51,191 nt of DNA, from positions 1 to 51,191 of IMG/VR virus record IMGVR_UViG_3300033153_012783, one strand, 5' to 3'. The stretch comes from a virus. Its lineage: Duplodnaviria; Caudoviricetes. The translations under genes were made by a program, and so were the position numbers. How positions within the stretch are numbered: position 1 is the stretch's first letter; each line of letters starts with the position of its first letter. Below the pieces are notes generated by a model. The model was not told where the DNA came from, searched no databases, and worked only from the letters and a program-made list of their open reading frames with translations. Shown here one piece after another: positions 19,237-29,121 of this stretch.

Positions 19237-20318
19237 AACTTGAGGTCAACGGCATTGAGTACGAACATTTTACATCGGCCAGCGCAGAAATCCGGCTCGA
19301 TGCGTTAAGCAATACATTTTCTTTCACGGCAGTTTCAACAAACGATGAGCCATTGCCATTCCAGGGCGGCGAACCCTGTCGTGTGATTGTTGATGATCAA
19401 GCTGTGGTTACAGGATCTATTGAAATTGTCAGTGGTAGCCATGATGGAAATACTCACACTATTTCAATTCAGGGGCGCGATAAGACTGGCGATCTACTTG
19501 ATTCAAATATTTCATCGCTGTCTGATTTAAAAGAAACGATTACTCTGAAAGCTATTATTGAAAAGGTTCTGAAGAATATAGATCTTACCCTGAATGTCAT
19601 CGATGAAGCAGGCCCGGATCCATTTAATCCTGCTGAAGATATCCAGGCGCCAGAATCTGGTGATAATGCTTTCGAATTTTTGGAGGCATTGGCACGAAAA
19701 AGACAGGTTTTATTAACATCGAATGGTGATGGAGATATCGTGATCTCGGAAAGCCCGGGCGGCGATTCAGGCGGTATATTGCAGAACATCATTGGTGCGA
19801 ATGATAATAATATTCTCGCGGCATCCTATAGCTATGACCGGACCGGTCGGTTCAATATTTACAAAATGTCCTCCGGAATGAATCCAATTTCTCTTAATAA
19901 TGCCGGAACCACCTCAATCAGTTCCCTGGTTAATCAAAGCGGGATAATCACCGATGCACAGATCAGAGCCGGCAGGCAGCTTGTCTTAGTCTCAGAGGGC
20001 TCATTTTCTGATACCCAAGATGATAAACGGGCAATATGGGAAGCCAATATTCGGAAAGCCAGGGGACGTGTTTATTCTGCCACTGTGCAGGGATACAGGC
20101 CTGATCCTGATTCCGCCTTTTTATGGAATGTGAATGAATTGGTAACGGTCGTGGATAATTTTGCTCAAATCAATGCACAGATGTTGATTAATACCGTAGC
20201 CTTTGGCTTTGATCTCCAAGGTGGAAAGACCACAACATTATCGATGATTGAGAAAAATTCATATCAATTGACGCTTGAAGAGCCTGTTTCGCAGGATCTG
20301 GGTGGACTTTTCGGATGA
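19233..20318 (+). CDS. Baseplate hub protein (Mu gpP/gp44-like)
   Basis: GRDKTGDLLDS, VLLTSNGDGDIV, LWNVNELV. Confidence 0.9.
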   Translation: MKLEVNGIEYEHFTSASAEIRLDALSNTFSFTAVSTNDEPLPFQGGEPCRVIVDDQAVVTGSIEIVSGSHDGNTHTISIQGRDKTGDLLDSNISSLSDLKETITLKAIIEKVLKNIDLTLNVIDEAGPDPFNPAEDIQAPESGDNAFEFLEALARKRQVLLTSNGDGDIVISESPGGDSGGILQNIIGANDNNILAASYSYDRTGRFNIYKMSSGMNPISLNNAGTTSISSLVNQSGIITDAQIRAGRQLVLVSEGSFSDTQDDKRAIWEANIRKARGRVYSATVQGYRPDPDSAFLWNVNELVTVVDNFAQINAQMLINTVAFGFDLQGGKTTTLSMIEKNSYQLTLEEPVSQDLGGLFG

Positions 20319-20881
20319 TGAACCGACTAAAAAAATTAATCAGATGGGCGCGTATATCCAAAGGTGGATCTGATGATAAACAGTTCCCAGTTCAACAAGT
20401 AGAATATATGGGAAAAGTTGGTGATTGCATGATGATCTTTCCATACGGAATGCACGGCAATGCATCAGAGGATTCGTTGGTTTTGATGATGACTCCTAAT
20501 GCTGACTCAGCAAACAGAGCCGGAATACCTGGTACTCCACACGAGAGGCCAAAAATGGCCATCAATGAATTTTGCTTATATCACCCGAAAACACAGTCTA
20601 TAATTCATTTCAGAAATAATGGCGATATTGATATTGATACATCCAAAAATAAGTCCGGGAATCTTAATGTAAACACAACTCAGGCAAATATTACGGCAAG
20701 CAATTCGGTTAATATTACGGCACCGGATACCAATATTAATGGCAATTTGACTGTTACAGGAGATACATCATTGAGCGCAACGGTAACAAGCAATGGTAAG
20801 GATATCAGCGATACCCATACTCATCCTCAAGGAAATGATAGTGATGGTGATAGCCAGGTGAATACAGGAGGCGTGGTTTAA
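20315..20881 (+). CDS. Baseplate spike (Mu gp45-like)
   Basis: PYGMH motif and C-terminal HTH (His-Thr-His) metal-binding apex. Confidence 0.88.
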   Translation: MMNRLKKLIRWARISKGGSDDKQFPVQQVEYMGKVGDCMMIFPYGMHGNASEDSLVLMMTPNADSANRAGIPGTPHERPKMAINEFCLYHPKTQSIIHFRNNGDIDIDTSKNKSGNLNVNTTQANITASNSVNITAPDTNINGNLTVTGDTSLSATVTSNGKDISDTHTHPQGNDSDGDSQVNTGGVV

Positions 20882-21372
20882 TGTCCGATATAACACAAAA
20901 TGAATTAAGAAAATTATTTTACTATGATAAAAAAATGGGTAATTTAATTTGGCGATTGTCACTGAATCGTGGTGTAAAGCCCGGCAATATTGCCGGCAGC
21001 ATGAATAAAAAAACAGGATATCTAAGGATTACTATACGAGGGAAGGGATATATGGCCCATAGGCTTGTTTGGTTGTGGCACTATGGATCATGGCCTAAAG
21101 ATCAAATCGACCACATCAATAGAAACAAAGCAGAGAATAAGATAGAAAACTTACGGGATGTCGATACATCAACAAATCATTTTAATATTGATTTGAGAAA
21201 AAATAATAAATCAGGTGTAACAGGCGTTCACTGGTATCAGATTACAAAAAAGTGGTGCGCAATGATAAAAATAAACAACAAAGGTAAAAATTTAGGATAT
21301 TTCGGTAATATTTTTGATGCCGCTTGCGCTAGGAAATCAGCAGAAAATAATCTAGGTGTCTTATGTCCGTAG
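20881..21372 (+). CDS. HNH homing endonuclease with AP2-like domain
   Basis: AHRLVW, IDHINRNKAENKIENLR, NKSGVTGV, LGYF; AT-rich, free-standing. Confidence 0.92.
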   Translation: MSDITQNELRKLFYYDKKMGNLIWRLSLNRGVKPGNIAGSMNKKTGYLRITIRGKGYMAHRLVWLWHYGSWPKDQIDHINRNKAENKIENLRDVDTSTNHFNIDLRKNNKSGVTGVHWYQITKKWCAMIKINNKGKNLGYFGNIFDAACARKSAENNLGVLCP

Positions 21373-21806
21373 ACGCTATTTTAGTAGAATCGAACAACGG
21401 ATTCGATTTCAATATTGATTCAAATGGTGATATCGAGACGGAAAATTTCTTCGATACCGCTATCCTGATGTCAATATTTTGTGAGCGCCGTGCCACTGCT
21501 TCAGAGGTTCCACAATCACATCAACGCCGTGGATGGATTGGGAATGAGCAAGGTGATGGTTTTGAGATTGGTTCTAAACTATGGTTATTCGAGCAATCAA
21601 GGGTAACGAGATCATTATTGTCTGATATCGAAAAAGTAGTATTTAATTCTCTTTCGTGGTTAATTGATGATAATTACGCTGTTAATATTGAGGCAAAAGC
21701 AGAATTGAGTGATAACACTGTTACGCTCACAGTCACGATAGAAACACCAAGTTCAAAAGTAGAAAAGCGTTTTTACGAGCTCTGGACTAATACAGGAATC
21801 AGATAA
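21363..21806 (+). CDS. Baseplate protein (Mu gp46-like)
   Basis: TAILMSIF.ERRA, RRGWIG, GSKLWL, LSWLIDD. Confidence 0.9.
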   Translation: MSVDAILVESNNGFDFNIDSNGDIETENFFDTAILMSIFCERRATASEVPQSHQRRGWIGNEQGDGFEIGSKLWLFEQSRVTRSLLSDIEKVVFNSLSWLIDDNYAVNIEAKAELSDNTVTLTVTIETPSSKVEKRFYELWTNTGIR

Positions 21807-23119
21807 TGGCATTGAATCTTCCAGAATCAGCAGATGAAGTCGTTCAACGAGCCAAGACTGATGTTCAGCGTGAGGTTGTTGAAAGTAATCCATTCCTGAA
21901 GAATAGCTGGCTTGGCGCCATCATTACTGGTTATGCGAACCGTATTTTTGATTTTTATTTACAATTAAAAGAAGCTATTAAGCAGTCTATTCCCGATACA
22001 TCAACAGGTGATTTTCTCGAAAGATGGGCTTCGATCTGGTCTATTAATCGCCTTGCTGCTACATCAGGCGGAGGTAATATCGTCGCCACCGGTACCGCAA
22101 CGACATCGATACCTGCATCAACATTATTTGTATCAAGTGACGGCAAAGTTTATGAATCTGATAATGCTGTCGTAATTGCAGTATCAGTATTAAATGTGAC
22201 GTCTATTACCAGGAGCGGAACAACAGCCACGGTTACTACGGATGGTGATCATAATTTGGCAAATAATGTTCCTGTGACAATGGCCGGTGCAGGCGAGACT
22301 GACTATAACGTGACGGATGCTGAGATCATCATCACTGGTCCGGATACATTCACTTATCAGGTTTCAGGTGCTCCAACTACGCCAGCGACAGGTACTATCA
22401 CGGCCGCACATACATCAATTCCTGTTCCTGTTACAGCCCAGGATTTTGGCGCCGATACAAACCAGGTGGCTGGCACTGAGCTGAAATTACAATCACCAAT
22501 AGTTGGTGTGGATGATGAGGCCAATGTTGATTTTGGTGAAATTGGTGGTGGTACTGACCAGGAAACAGATGAAGAATTAAAGATCAGATTAATAGATCGT
22601 ATTCAGAATCCTATCGCCCATTTCAATGTTGCTGAAATTACAGCTGTTGCAAAAACAGTCGCTGGCGTTACCCGGGTATTTGTTCAGGAAATAACTCCAA
22701 ATGTTGGACAAGTAACTATTTATTTCATGCGCGATAATGATGCCGATCCGATCCCAACACCTTCAGAAGTGATTGATGTTGATACTGTTATTCAGTCAAT
22801 CAGACCAGCAAATACAGATCCATTAGATGTTATTGTTAATGCGCCGACAGGCATTTCAACTGATTTTATATTCACTGCATTATCTCCAAATACATCAACC
22901 ATGCAGGATGCAATCAGCGCGAATTTACGACAATTTTTTGATGAACAAACCAATGTCGGCGTCAATGTTGATCAGGATGCATATCGATCAGCTATATTTA
23001 ATACGGTTGATACCGTGACAGGTGATTCTGTTTCAACATTTACTATTTCTGCACCAATAGGTGATATCACGATTGCTAGTGGAGAGATTGGTATTCTCGG
23101 AAATATTACTTATCCATAA
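21806..23119 (+). CDS. Baseplate J/Mu gp47-like protein with inserted beta-domain
   Basis: GGTDQETDEELKIR, VAGVTRVFV. Confidence 0.92.
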   Translation: MALNLPESADEVVQRAKTDVQREVVESNPFLKNSWLGAIITGYANRIFDFYLQLKEAIKQSIPDTSTGDFLERWASIWSINRLAATSGGGNIVATGTATTSIPASTLFVSSDGKVYESDNAVVIAVSVLNVTSITRSGTTATVTTDGDHNLANNVPVTMAGAGETDYNVTDAEIIITGPDTFTYQVSGAPTTPATGTITAAHTSIPVPVTAQDFGADTNQVAGTELKLQSPIVGVDDEANVDFGEIGGGTDQETDEELKIRLIDRIQNPIAHFNVAEITAVAKTVAGVTRVFVQEITPNVGQVTIYFMRDNDADPIPTPSEVIDVDTVIQSIRPANTDPLDVIVNAPTGISTDFIFTALSPNTSTMQDAISANLRQFFDEQTNVGVNVDQDAYRSAIFNTVDTVTGDSVSTFTISAPIGDITIASGEIGILGNITYP

Positions 23120-23727
23120 TGGTTACTATTATCAGAACAATTGATGATCAAGCAAAAAGCCTGGCGAATTATCTGCCAGGAGGTAAATTATTCAGAATCA
23201 AAAATTTCAAAAATAGTAATTTTAGGAATTTATTAATCGGCCTTGCAGGTGAATTATTTACTGCAGATGGATATTTGAGGAGCTATTCACAGGAAATATT
23301 ACCTGATCAGACTGTTTTATTTATTGATGAATGGGAAAAAGCACTAGGTATACCTGATGATTGTTTTTTTGGTAATGGAACATTAGATGAAAGACGCCGT
23401 GATATATTGGTAAAACTTGCATCATCTGGGATACAAACCGCACAGGATTTTGTTGATCTGGCAGCATTATTTGGAGTGTCGGTTATTGTAAAAGCAGGAG
23501 TTGATGGAAGCGTACCAACATTATTTCCAATGACATTCCCGTTATTATTTTCTGGTGATATAACACATCTTAGATTCACAATTATTATCCAATTTACAGT
23601 TCTTGATACCAGCAGATTTCCACTATATTTTCCATTTATATTCGGTTCAGAGCTAATAGTTACACTTGAATGTTTGTTTAATAAGCTAAGACCAGCAAAT
23701 TGTGCTTTAATATTTGAACAAATCTGA
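23119..23727 (+). CDS. Baseplate wedge protein (Mu gp48/YmfQ-like)
   Basis: LPGG, EWEKALGIPDDC, LECLFNKLRPAN. Confidence 0.9.
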   Translation: MVTIIRTIDDQAKSLANYLPGGKLFRIKNFKNSNFRNLLIGLAGELFTADGYLRSYSQEILPDQTVLFIDEWEKALGIPDDCFFGNGTLDERRRDILVKLASSGIQTAQDFVDLAALFGVSVIVKAGVDGSVPTLFPMTFPLLFSGDITHLRFTIIIQFTVLDTSRFPLYFPFIFGSELIVTLECLFNKLRPANCALIFEQI

Positions 23728-23737
23728 GGAATGAATC

Positions 23738-25456
23738 ATGCAGGATTTAAACGATAAAATTACTGGAAATTCATTAACGGCAAATGAATGGAATGAAATG
23801 CCGACAGAGCTTCAAAATATAATTGAAGCTGTTGGTCAGACATTGAGTGCAGGCGATTTAGAACAAGTAAGAAAATCCTTAAATTTGGTATTTATTAGCT
23901 TCACGGAATTACGTGCTGTTGCAGCAGGAATGGGAACCGTTCTTGTTTCTGGATATGCTGCTTCTGGTGATGGTGGTGGCGGTGAATTTTATTGGGATTC
24001 TGCCTCTACTGAAACTGATAATGATGGAACAATTATAAAAGCCACATCAATAACAACTGGTCGGTGGAAACGACTTGTTACAGGTGAAGTTAATGTTAAA
24101 TGGTTTGGCGCTGTAGGTGATGGTGCAACAGATGATTCAACTGCTATTCAAGCTTCTATTGATGCAGTCACTGCTTCGAAAGGCATTGTATTTTTCCCAG
24201 AATCAAGCTCAAGCTACTTTATAGCATCGGCTCTAACCGTTCCACGAGGCGTCACTCTGAAGGGTCTAGGACATGATTCACCATCTACTATCGAGTGCGA
24301 CACTCTAAATAACGATATAACATTTATTACATTGGTCGGATATGCTCAGATTGAATCTCTGAATATAGAGGGTAACTCAACAACTCAAGGAATACTTGTT
24401 GCCATAACTGGCGGTATTTATACATTCACCGGCAATGTAAAATTAAAAGATGTAAGAATTACCGGGGCAGAGGTTGGTTTATTCATTAACAGCGTATTTA
24501 ATCTTGTTTTAGATAATGTTGAGGTTATATATAACGTAATCGGCGTCGATATGTCGCCATTAACTGATGCTGGAGATAATGGTTATATTAATGTTGTAAG
24601 TTTTAACTCCTGTTATTTTATTGGAAATACTGACTATGATGTATATGCGAATCCTGCAGTACGAATGTCAGATATTGTTTTCAATAATTGCACTTTCGAT
24701 CCTGGCCCAACTATTGCAAAAGTATATGCTTTTACCTCATATCCACTATCATTTAATGATTGTTATTTCGAGGGCGGGTCAACAGTTCCAGCCTTTAGCG
24801 GATATTTATCGACGGTTGGTTTTACAGCATGTTATTTCAACGGCACAAAAGGTGTCCTGCTCGACGCTACTGTTGCAGGAACTTTGTATATGGAGAGGTG
24901 CAGAACTACATCAACAGATATTATTGATTGTAATTATGCACTCCATGTTGTTCGTTTAAAGAATCAGACGCTCCCCTCATCTGGTAACGTATTCCTTACT
25001 GGACAAACTCGATTTTGGGACGATGCCATAGTAAATGGTACGACTTACGATCAAGTTGGTGCACCAGCTGGACATACTCCCGTTTTAACTGGAGCATCAA
25101 CGCCAGGGTCACCAACTTATGCAACTCAAACTATGCGCTACCAAGTAATTGGTAAGCGATGCTTCTTTAATGGCAGAGTGGCAATTACTGCTATCGGGGG
25201 GATGATCGGATCACTGGAGATTTCATTACCGTTTACGGCTGTAAATGTTTCAAACACTTATAGTATGTGCGCATTAGGCACAACGGGCGTAACACCTCAG
25301 TCTGGTAAAACTTCTTTCATGGGAAGGATAACCCCAAATACTGCGCTAATGTTATTGTATCAAGATGGAGATGCTACTGGCCTAGTGCCGATACTGGCTG
25401 CTGATATAGCGGCTACCACATCATTTTTCTTTAGTGGCGATTTTGAAATAGCATAA
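23738..25456 (+). CDS. Tail fibre/tailspike with pectate-lyase-like beta-helix (putative depolymerase)
   Basis: GDGGGGEFYWD and VNVKWFGAVGDGATDDSTAIQA motifs; beta-helix repeats. Confidence 0.85.
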   Translation: MQDLNDKITGNSLTANEWNEMPTELQNIIEAVGQTLSAGDLEQVRKSLNLVFISFTELRAVAAGMGTVLVSGYAASGDGGGGEFYWDSASTETDNDGTIIKATSITTGRWKRLVTGEVNVKWFGAVGDGATDDSTAIQASIDAVTASKGIVFFPESSSSYFIASALTVPRGVTLKGLGHDSPSTIECDTLNNDITFITLVGYAQIESLNIEGNSTTQGILVAITGGIYTFTGNVKLKDVRITGAEVGLFINSVFNLVLDNVEVIYNVIGVDMSPLTDAGDNGYINVVSFNSCYFIGNTDYDVYANPAVRMSDIVFNNCTFDPGPTIAKVYAFTSYPLSFNDCYFEGGSTVPAFSGYLSTVGFTACYFNGTKGVLLDATVAGTLYMERCRTTSTDIIDCNYALHVVRLKNQTLPSSGNVFLTGQTRFWDDAIVNGTTYDQVGAPAGHTPVLTGASTPGSPTYATQTMRYQVIGKRCFFNGRVAITAIGGMIGSLEISLPFTAVNVSNTYSMCALGTTGVTPQSGKTSFMGRITPNTALMLLYQDGDATGLVPILAADIAATTSFFFSGDFEIA

Positions 25457-25458
25457 CA

Positions 25459-26010
25459 ATGACCACAATTAAAGATAAAATCATTAGTGGAATCATCCGT
25501 GTTGAAGGTGGATATTCTAATGATTTATCCGATTCAGGTGGTGAAACAAATTACGGCATCACTGAAGCCGTAGCACGTTCATTTGGTTACACAGGTTCAA
25601 TGCGTGATATGCCTCGTGAGATCGCTTTTGATATTTATTCTGCGATGTATTGGGATTCGGTTTATGCAGATGGATTGTCTGAACTATCTGAACCTATTAC
25701 TGATGAAGTGGTTGATACTGCTGTCAACATGGGACCAGGCAGAGCCGGTGAATTTTTGCAGCGCTCATTGAATGTGCTCAATAATCTTGGAAGTCTTTAT
25801 CCAGATATCGTGGTTGATAATGCCATTGGGAAAGCTACGGCATCAGCCTTGAAACAATTTCTGTTTTATCGAGGAAAGGAAGGTGAGGAAACACTCGCTA
25901 AAATGCTGAATAGTTTGCAGGGTGCATTTTATGTCGAACTGGCGGAACGCCGGGAAAAAGACGAAAAATTTATTTATGGTTGGTTCAAAAATAGAGTCAA
26001 ATTGCCTTAG
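25459..26010 (+). CDS. Endolysin, glycoside hydrolase family 108 with PG-binding domain
   Basis: EGGYSND..DSGGETNYGIT, DTAVNMG, FIYGWFKNRV. Confidence 0.93.
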   Translation: MTTIKDKIISGIIRVEGGYSNDLSDSGGETNYGITEAVARSFGYTGSMRDMPREIAFDIYSAMYWDSVYADGLSELSEPITDEVVDTAVNMGPGRAGEFLQRSLNVLNNLGSLYPDIVVDNAIGKATASALKQFLFYRGKEGEETLAKMLNSLQGAFYVELAERREKDEKFIYGWFKNRVKLP

Positions 26011-26019
26011 GAGTTTTCG

Positions 26020-26406
26020 ATGTCTGGTGATGAAGTCCCAATGGTATCCCGTGAACATATGGAAACTCAGATTTCCATGGGTCGGGTTGAAACAATGCTA
26101 TCAATGCATCGTGAAGATTTTCTCGATCATTCAGCCAAAGATGAAAGGATATTTGGTGAACTATTTACACTTTCACGCAAGATTGAAGATGATGTTTTAT
26201 CCATCCCAGAAAAAATGTCTAAATGCCGAATAGAATTAAAGGGCGAAGTTATTGAGGATATGAAGGAAAACTTTGTTAGTAAGCCAGAATTTGATCTTTT
26301 TACGACCAAGATTGTATATGCCATTGTTGGCGGTGTTTCTGTCGCTGGCATAATTCAATGGATTCTTTCTAACTACATCAATGCATCTGCAATCGCCGGA
26401 GGTTAA
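26020..26406 (+). CDS. Membrane-anchored hypothetical protein in lysis cassette
   Basis: Helical region plus C-terminal hydrophobic segment. Confidence 0.7.
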   Translation: MSGDEVPMVSREHMETQISMGRVETMLSMHREDFLDHSAKDERIFGELFTLSRKIEDDVLSIPEKMSKCRIELKGEVIEDMKENFVSKPEFDLFTTKIVYAIVGGVSVAGIIQWILSNYINASAIAGG

Positions 26407-26407
26407 T

Positions 26408-26980
26408 ATGGATTTTGGTAAATTATTCGATACATTGAAGGGACCTGCATTAACCCTTGCATCAACGCTCATACCAGGTGGTCCGGCTATCCTTGGTGCG
26501 ATCAACCTCATGCTACCTGATGATAAAAAGCTCCCAGAAACCGCGACAGGCGCCGACATGCGTACTGCTGTTAATCAACTTCCACCGGAACAGCGTAGTT
26601 CTTTAATGGAAAAAGAGCTCGATGTGGAGATTGCTGACATTGAAGCATGGGCAGATATTCAGGAATCAATGGCCAAAGCTGATGCTGCCGGGGCAAGCAC
26701 ACGGCCAAGAATTGCGGTCATGATGGCGCAAGTAGTTGTATTCGTGATTTTGGTTTTTACATCGGTATTGGCAATCGCTATTTTTAATGAAAATACCGAA
26801 ACGCTGAAAATACTGAATGATTCCTGGGCAACAATATTTGCCGTAATTGCGACTCCGACTGCCTTATTGCGTGCTTATTTCGGTATGCGCACTACAGAAA
26901 AGAAAGCTCGATATAGCGCCATGTCTGGCAATAATGTTTCCGGTGGGCTTTCCTCTATAATTAAAGCATTCAAGGGGTAA
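26408..26980 (+). CDS. Putative holin
   Basis: TRPRIA followed by two TM segments and AYFGMRT.EK, as in GTA/3TM-type holins. Confidence 0.7.
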   Translation: MDFGKLFDTLKGPALTLASTLIPGGPAILGAINLMLPDDKKLPETATGADMRTAVNQLPPEQRSSLMEKELDVEIADIEAWADIQESMAKADAAGASTRPRIAVMMAQVVVFVILVFTSVLAIAIFNENTETLKILNDSWATIFAVIATPTALLRAYFGMRTTEKKARYSAMSGNNVSGGLSSIIKAFKG

Positions 26981-26983
26981 GAT

Positions 26984-27286
26984 ATGAATCTGGAAAAGAC
27001 GGCAAAGGCAATGGGTGATTGGCGCACCATCTGGATGGGTGTACTAATGATGATATCGTTGGCGGCATGGGCTGGTGATACCAGGTGGATGCTTAAGACA
27101 GGCGGCGAACAAATCTCAGTTCAGATAAAATTCGATGCATTGGAAGAAGATATCGAAGAACTTACCCTTGAGAAACGATTTGAAACTAATCCTGCAAAAG
27201 TCAAAAGACTGGATGCCATGATCGAGTACAAGAAAAATAAAATGGATTCTCTGATAAAAAAATATTCAATATCCAAGGATAATTAA
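26984..27286 (+). CDS. N-terminal TM coiled-coil protein (i-spanin-like topology)
   Basis: Hydrophobic IWMGVLMMISLAAWA followed by a heptad-like charged helix. Confidence 0.55.
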   Translation: MNLEKTAKAMGDWRTIWMGVLMMISLAAWAGDTRWMLKTGGEQISVQIKFDALEEDIEELTLEKRFETNPAKVKRLDAMIEYKKNKMDSLIKKYSISKDN

Positions 27287-27287
27287 A

Positions 27288-27614
27288 ATGGGAAAGAAAT
27301 TAATTTTATTGTTGATATGCCTTTCTCCTGGGTTCCTGTTTGCGAGTGAACCGCACCATACAACTGTGGTTATCACCGATACAGCTAAAACCACAAAGAT
27401 GCAGGGAACGGCCTTAAGCCTCGCTGCTGCTTCTCATACGTTTGACTGGGGCACCAAGGATTTGCAGGGCTCTGTTGGACTGGGTGGGTATAGTGGTGAG
27501 AATGCTCTATCTTTTGGCATTGGTAAGCGTTACGGGAGAACCCTTCTAAATGGCTCTCTGGGCGTGTCAGATGGTGAAACAGGGTACTCAGCTGCCGTTA
27601 ATTGGCATTTCTGA
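27288..27614 (+). CDS. Minimal trimeric-autotransporter (YadA-type) anchor protein
   Basis: Signal peptide; GTALSLAAAS helix; SVGLGGYSGENALSFGIG; C-terminal WHF. Confidence 0.8.
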   Translation: MGKKLILLLICLSPGFLFASEPHHTTVVITDTAKTTKMQGTALSLAAASHTFDWGTKDLQGSVGLGGYSGENALSFGIGKRYGRTLLNGSLGVSDGETGYSAAVNWHF

Positions 27615-27862
27615 TGGCACATGATCTGCACGACTGGCTGAAATTACTGCTTGAATATTTGAAGGGAAGCAAGGCTATTATTGCTGTCTGGATTCTGTTC
27701 TTCGGTACTGGAGCTTATACGGTGATTGATCTTATCCCCGAGAACGATCCCAGTGAACCTGAGATAACGGCTCCGGTAGTCCTTACCCCGCCAGCTACTA
27801 AGCAAGACCCTGTCGCTCTCTGCCGAAAGCTCCTTAGCGATCACATCATTGATCTGCACTGA
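27614..27862 (+). CDS. Small single-TM protein with Pro-rich tail
   Basis: TGATG coupling to the previous ORF; AIIAVWILFFG TM segment. Confidence 0.6.
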   Translation: MAHDLHDWLKLLLEYLKGSKAIIAVWILFFGTGAYTVIDLIPENDPSEPEITAPVVLTPPATKQDPVALCRKLLSDHIIDLH

Positions 27863-27996
27863 TTCCATATCGCTGTATTTAGATTCCAGGAGAGACATTA
27901 ATAATTCTTTCTCCATATCCGGTATATCTGGGCATTGCATTTTATGCTCATAACTCCCTACAGAGATCGAGCCAGCAAGTAATAAGGCTGTGAGTT

Positions 27997-28146
27997 CTAT
28001 CGGGGTCGGCATTGCATACATTCTGGCATCGTTATACATCCAGAAGTTAAGACCAAAATTGCAATAAAGATGGATACAATAATGATAAATTTCACAATAT
28101 CCCAAAGCGTCATTTCTTCATATTCTTCATCGGTTATTAACGGCAT
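27997..28146 (-). CDS. Small putative lipoprotein/membrane peptide (49 aa; not in ORF track)
   Basis: MPLITDEEYEEMTLWDIVKFIIIVSIFIAILVLTSG-C lipobox-like; GAGGA RBS. Confidence 0.5.
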   Translation of the reverse strand: MPLITDEEYEEMTLWDIVKFIIIVSIFIAILVLTSGCITMPECMQCRPR

Positions 28147-28147
28147 A

Positions 28148-28300
28148 TTATTTCTTCCTCATGGATGTTAAATGGTAACAACTACATTGATTGCAATAAT
28201 AATGTCTGGTCTCAGATTTACCGCGCCCCCGTCTTTTTCTAAGCCTGGATAGTGCTTTTTTGGCACCAATGAGATCATATTTTACTTTTACGCAATTCAT
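28148..28300 (-). CDS. Small Zn-finger protein (50 aa; not in ORF track)
   Basis: MNC...YYCNQCSCYHLTS; ATGA-coupled to the upstream gene. Confidence 0.65.
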   Translation of the reverse strand: MNCVKVKYDLIGAKKALSRLRKRRGRGKSETRHYYCNQCSCYHLTSMRKK

Positions 28301-28905
28301 CTCAATTCTTGTTCAGCTTGTTCCCATGCCTGATTGACCAAATGGAATCTGTCTGTGTCGCCGCCTTTGTCCGGATGAGCGGTTGCACGCGCTATTTTAT
28401 AGGCAGTATTGGCATCATCTATATCATCGCCGTAATAGTCTAGTATATCGCGCCAGGATGGCTGTGCGTCCGGATTAGGCAGGGCTGTAAAGCCGGTGAA
28501 GGTGCGTTCCAGTATCTCGCCGCCACCCCATCGCTCAATGCCTCTCATGGCTTCGATGGTCTTTCCGATGGCGTAAATGTTATCTGCTATGCGATCGTAC
28601 TTGTCCAGAGCAATGACACGCTGCTGATCGCCATCCTTCCACCACACTGATACACCTTTATCATCTGGATCCCGCTGATTTGAGTATGGCAACCCGTCCT
28701 GTCGAAGCCGTAAATCAGTGGAAATGATTATATTCCAGTCACCGGTGCCCATCCGGCGCAATTCTTCCAGCACAAAAGTCGTGGCCACGGCGATCGATAC
28801 CGGTTTCTGCCATTTACCAAAGCGGCTGCGCTCTGGCGAATTTGTTCTGGTCCATCCATCTGGCCAGGTCAGGGGCGAGGCTGTTATATGCTCTGTCATG
28901 ATCAA
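28297..28905 (-). CDS. Phage protein with C-terminal J-domain
   Basis: PLTWPDGWTRT N-terminus; AHPDKGG motif. Confidence 0.88.
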   Translation of the reverse strand: MIMTEHITASPLTWPDGWTRTNSPERSRFGKWQKPVSIAVATTFVLEELRRMGTGDWNIIISTDLRLRQDGLPYSNQRDPDDKGVSVWWKDGDQQRVIALDKYDRIADNIYAIGKTIEAMRGIERWGGGEILERTFTGFTALPNPDAQPSWRDILDYYGDDIDDANTAYKIARATAHPDKGGDTDRFHLVNQAWEQAEQELR

Positions 28906-29105
28906 GCCTCCATGAGACGTTGGCGTCTTTCTTTTGCATGTTGGATCAGATCATTTTTCCATTGTTCAGCAAATACATTGAGCTCTTCATCGGTTAATTC
29001 AGCAATATCTACCCGACCGCCGCCGCTGGAACGTATCCCAACTACGGTAATAAAATTAGGCAACTTTGGCGTTTTCAGTTTTAGTGTAATCGTAGAATCC
29101 GACAT
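28902..29105 (-). CDS. Hypothetical protein
   Basis: GAGGG RBS; coupled to the downstream gene. Confidence 0.7.
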   Translation of the reverse strand: MSDSTITLKLKTPKLPNFITVVGIRSSGGGRVDIAELTDEELNVFAEQWKNDLIQHAKERRQRLMEA

Positions 29106-29121
29106 TATTTATCCCTCGTTA

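Noticed and set aside
23738-25456. Diversity-generating retroelement or invertible fibre cassette
   Set aside because: No reverse transcriptase, invertase or template repeat seen.
27644-28105. 153-aa minus-strand ORF
   Set aside because: Overlaps a better-supported plus-strand gene and a better 49-aa frame; at most its middle part may be coding.
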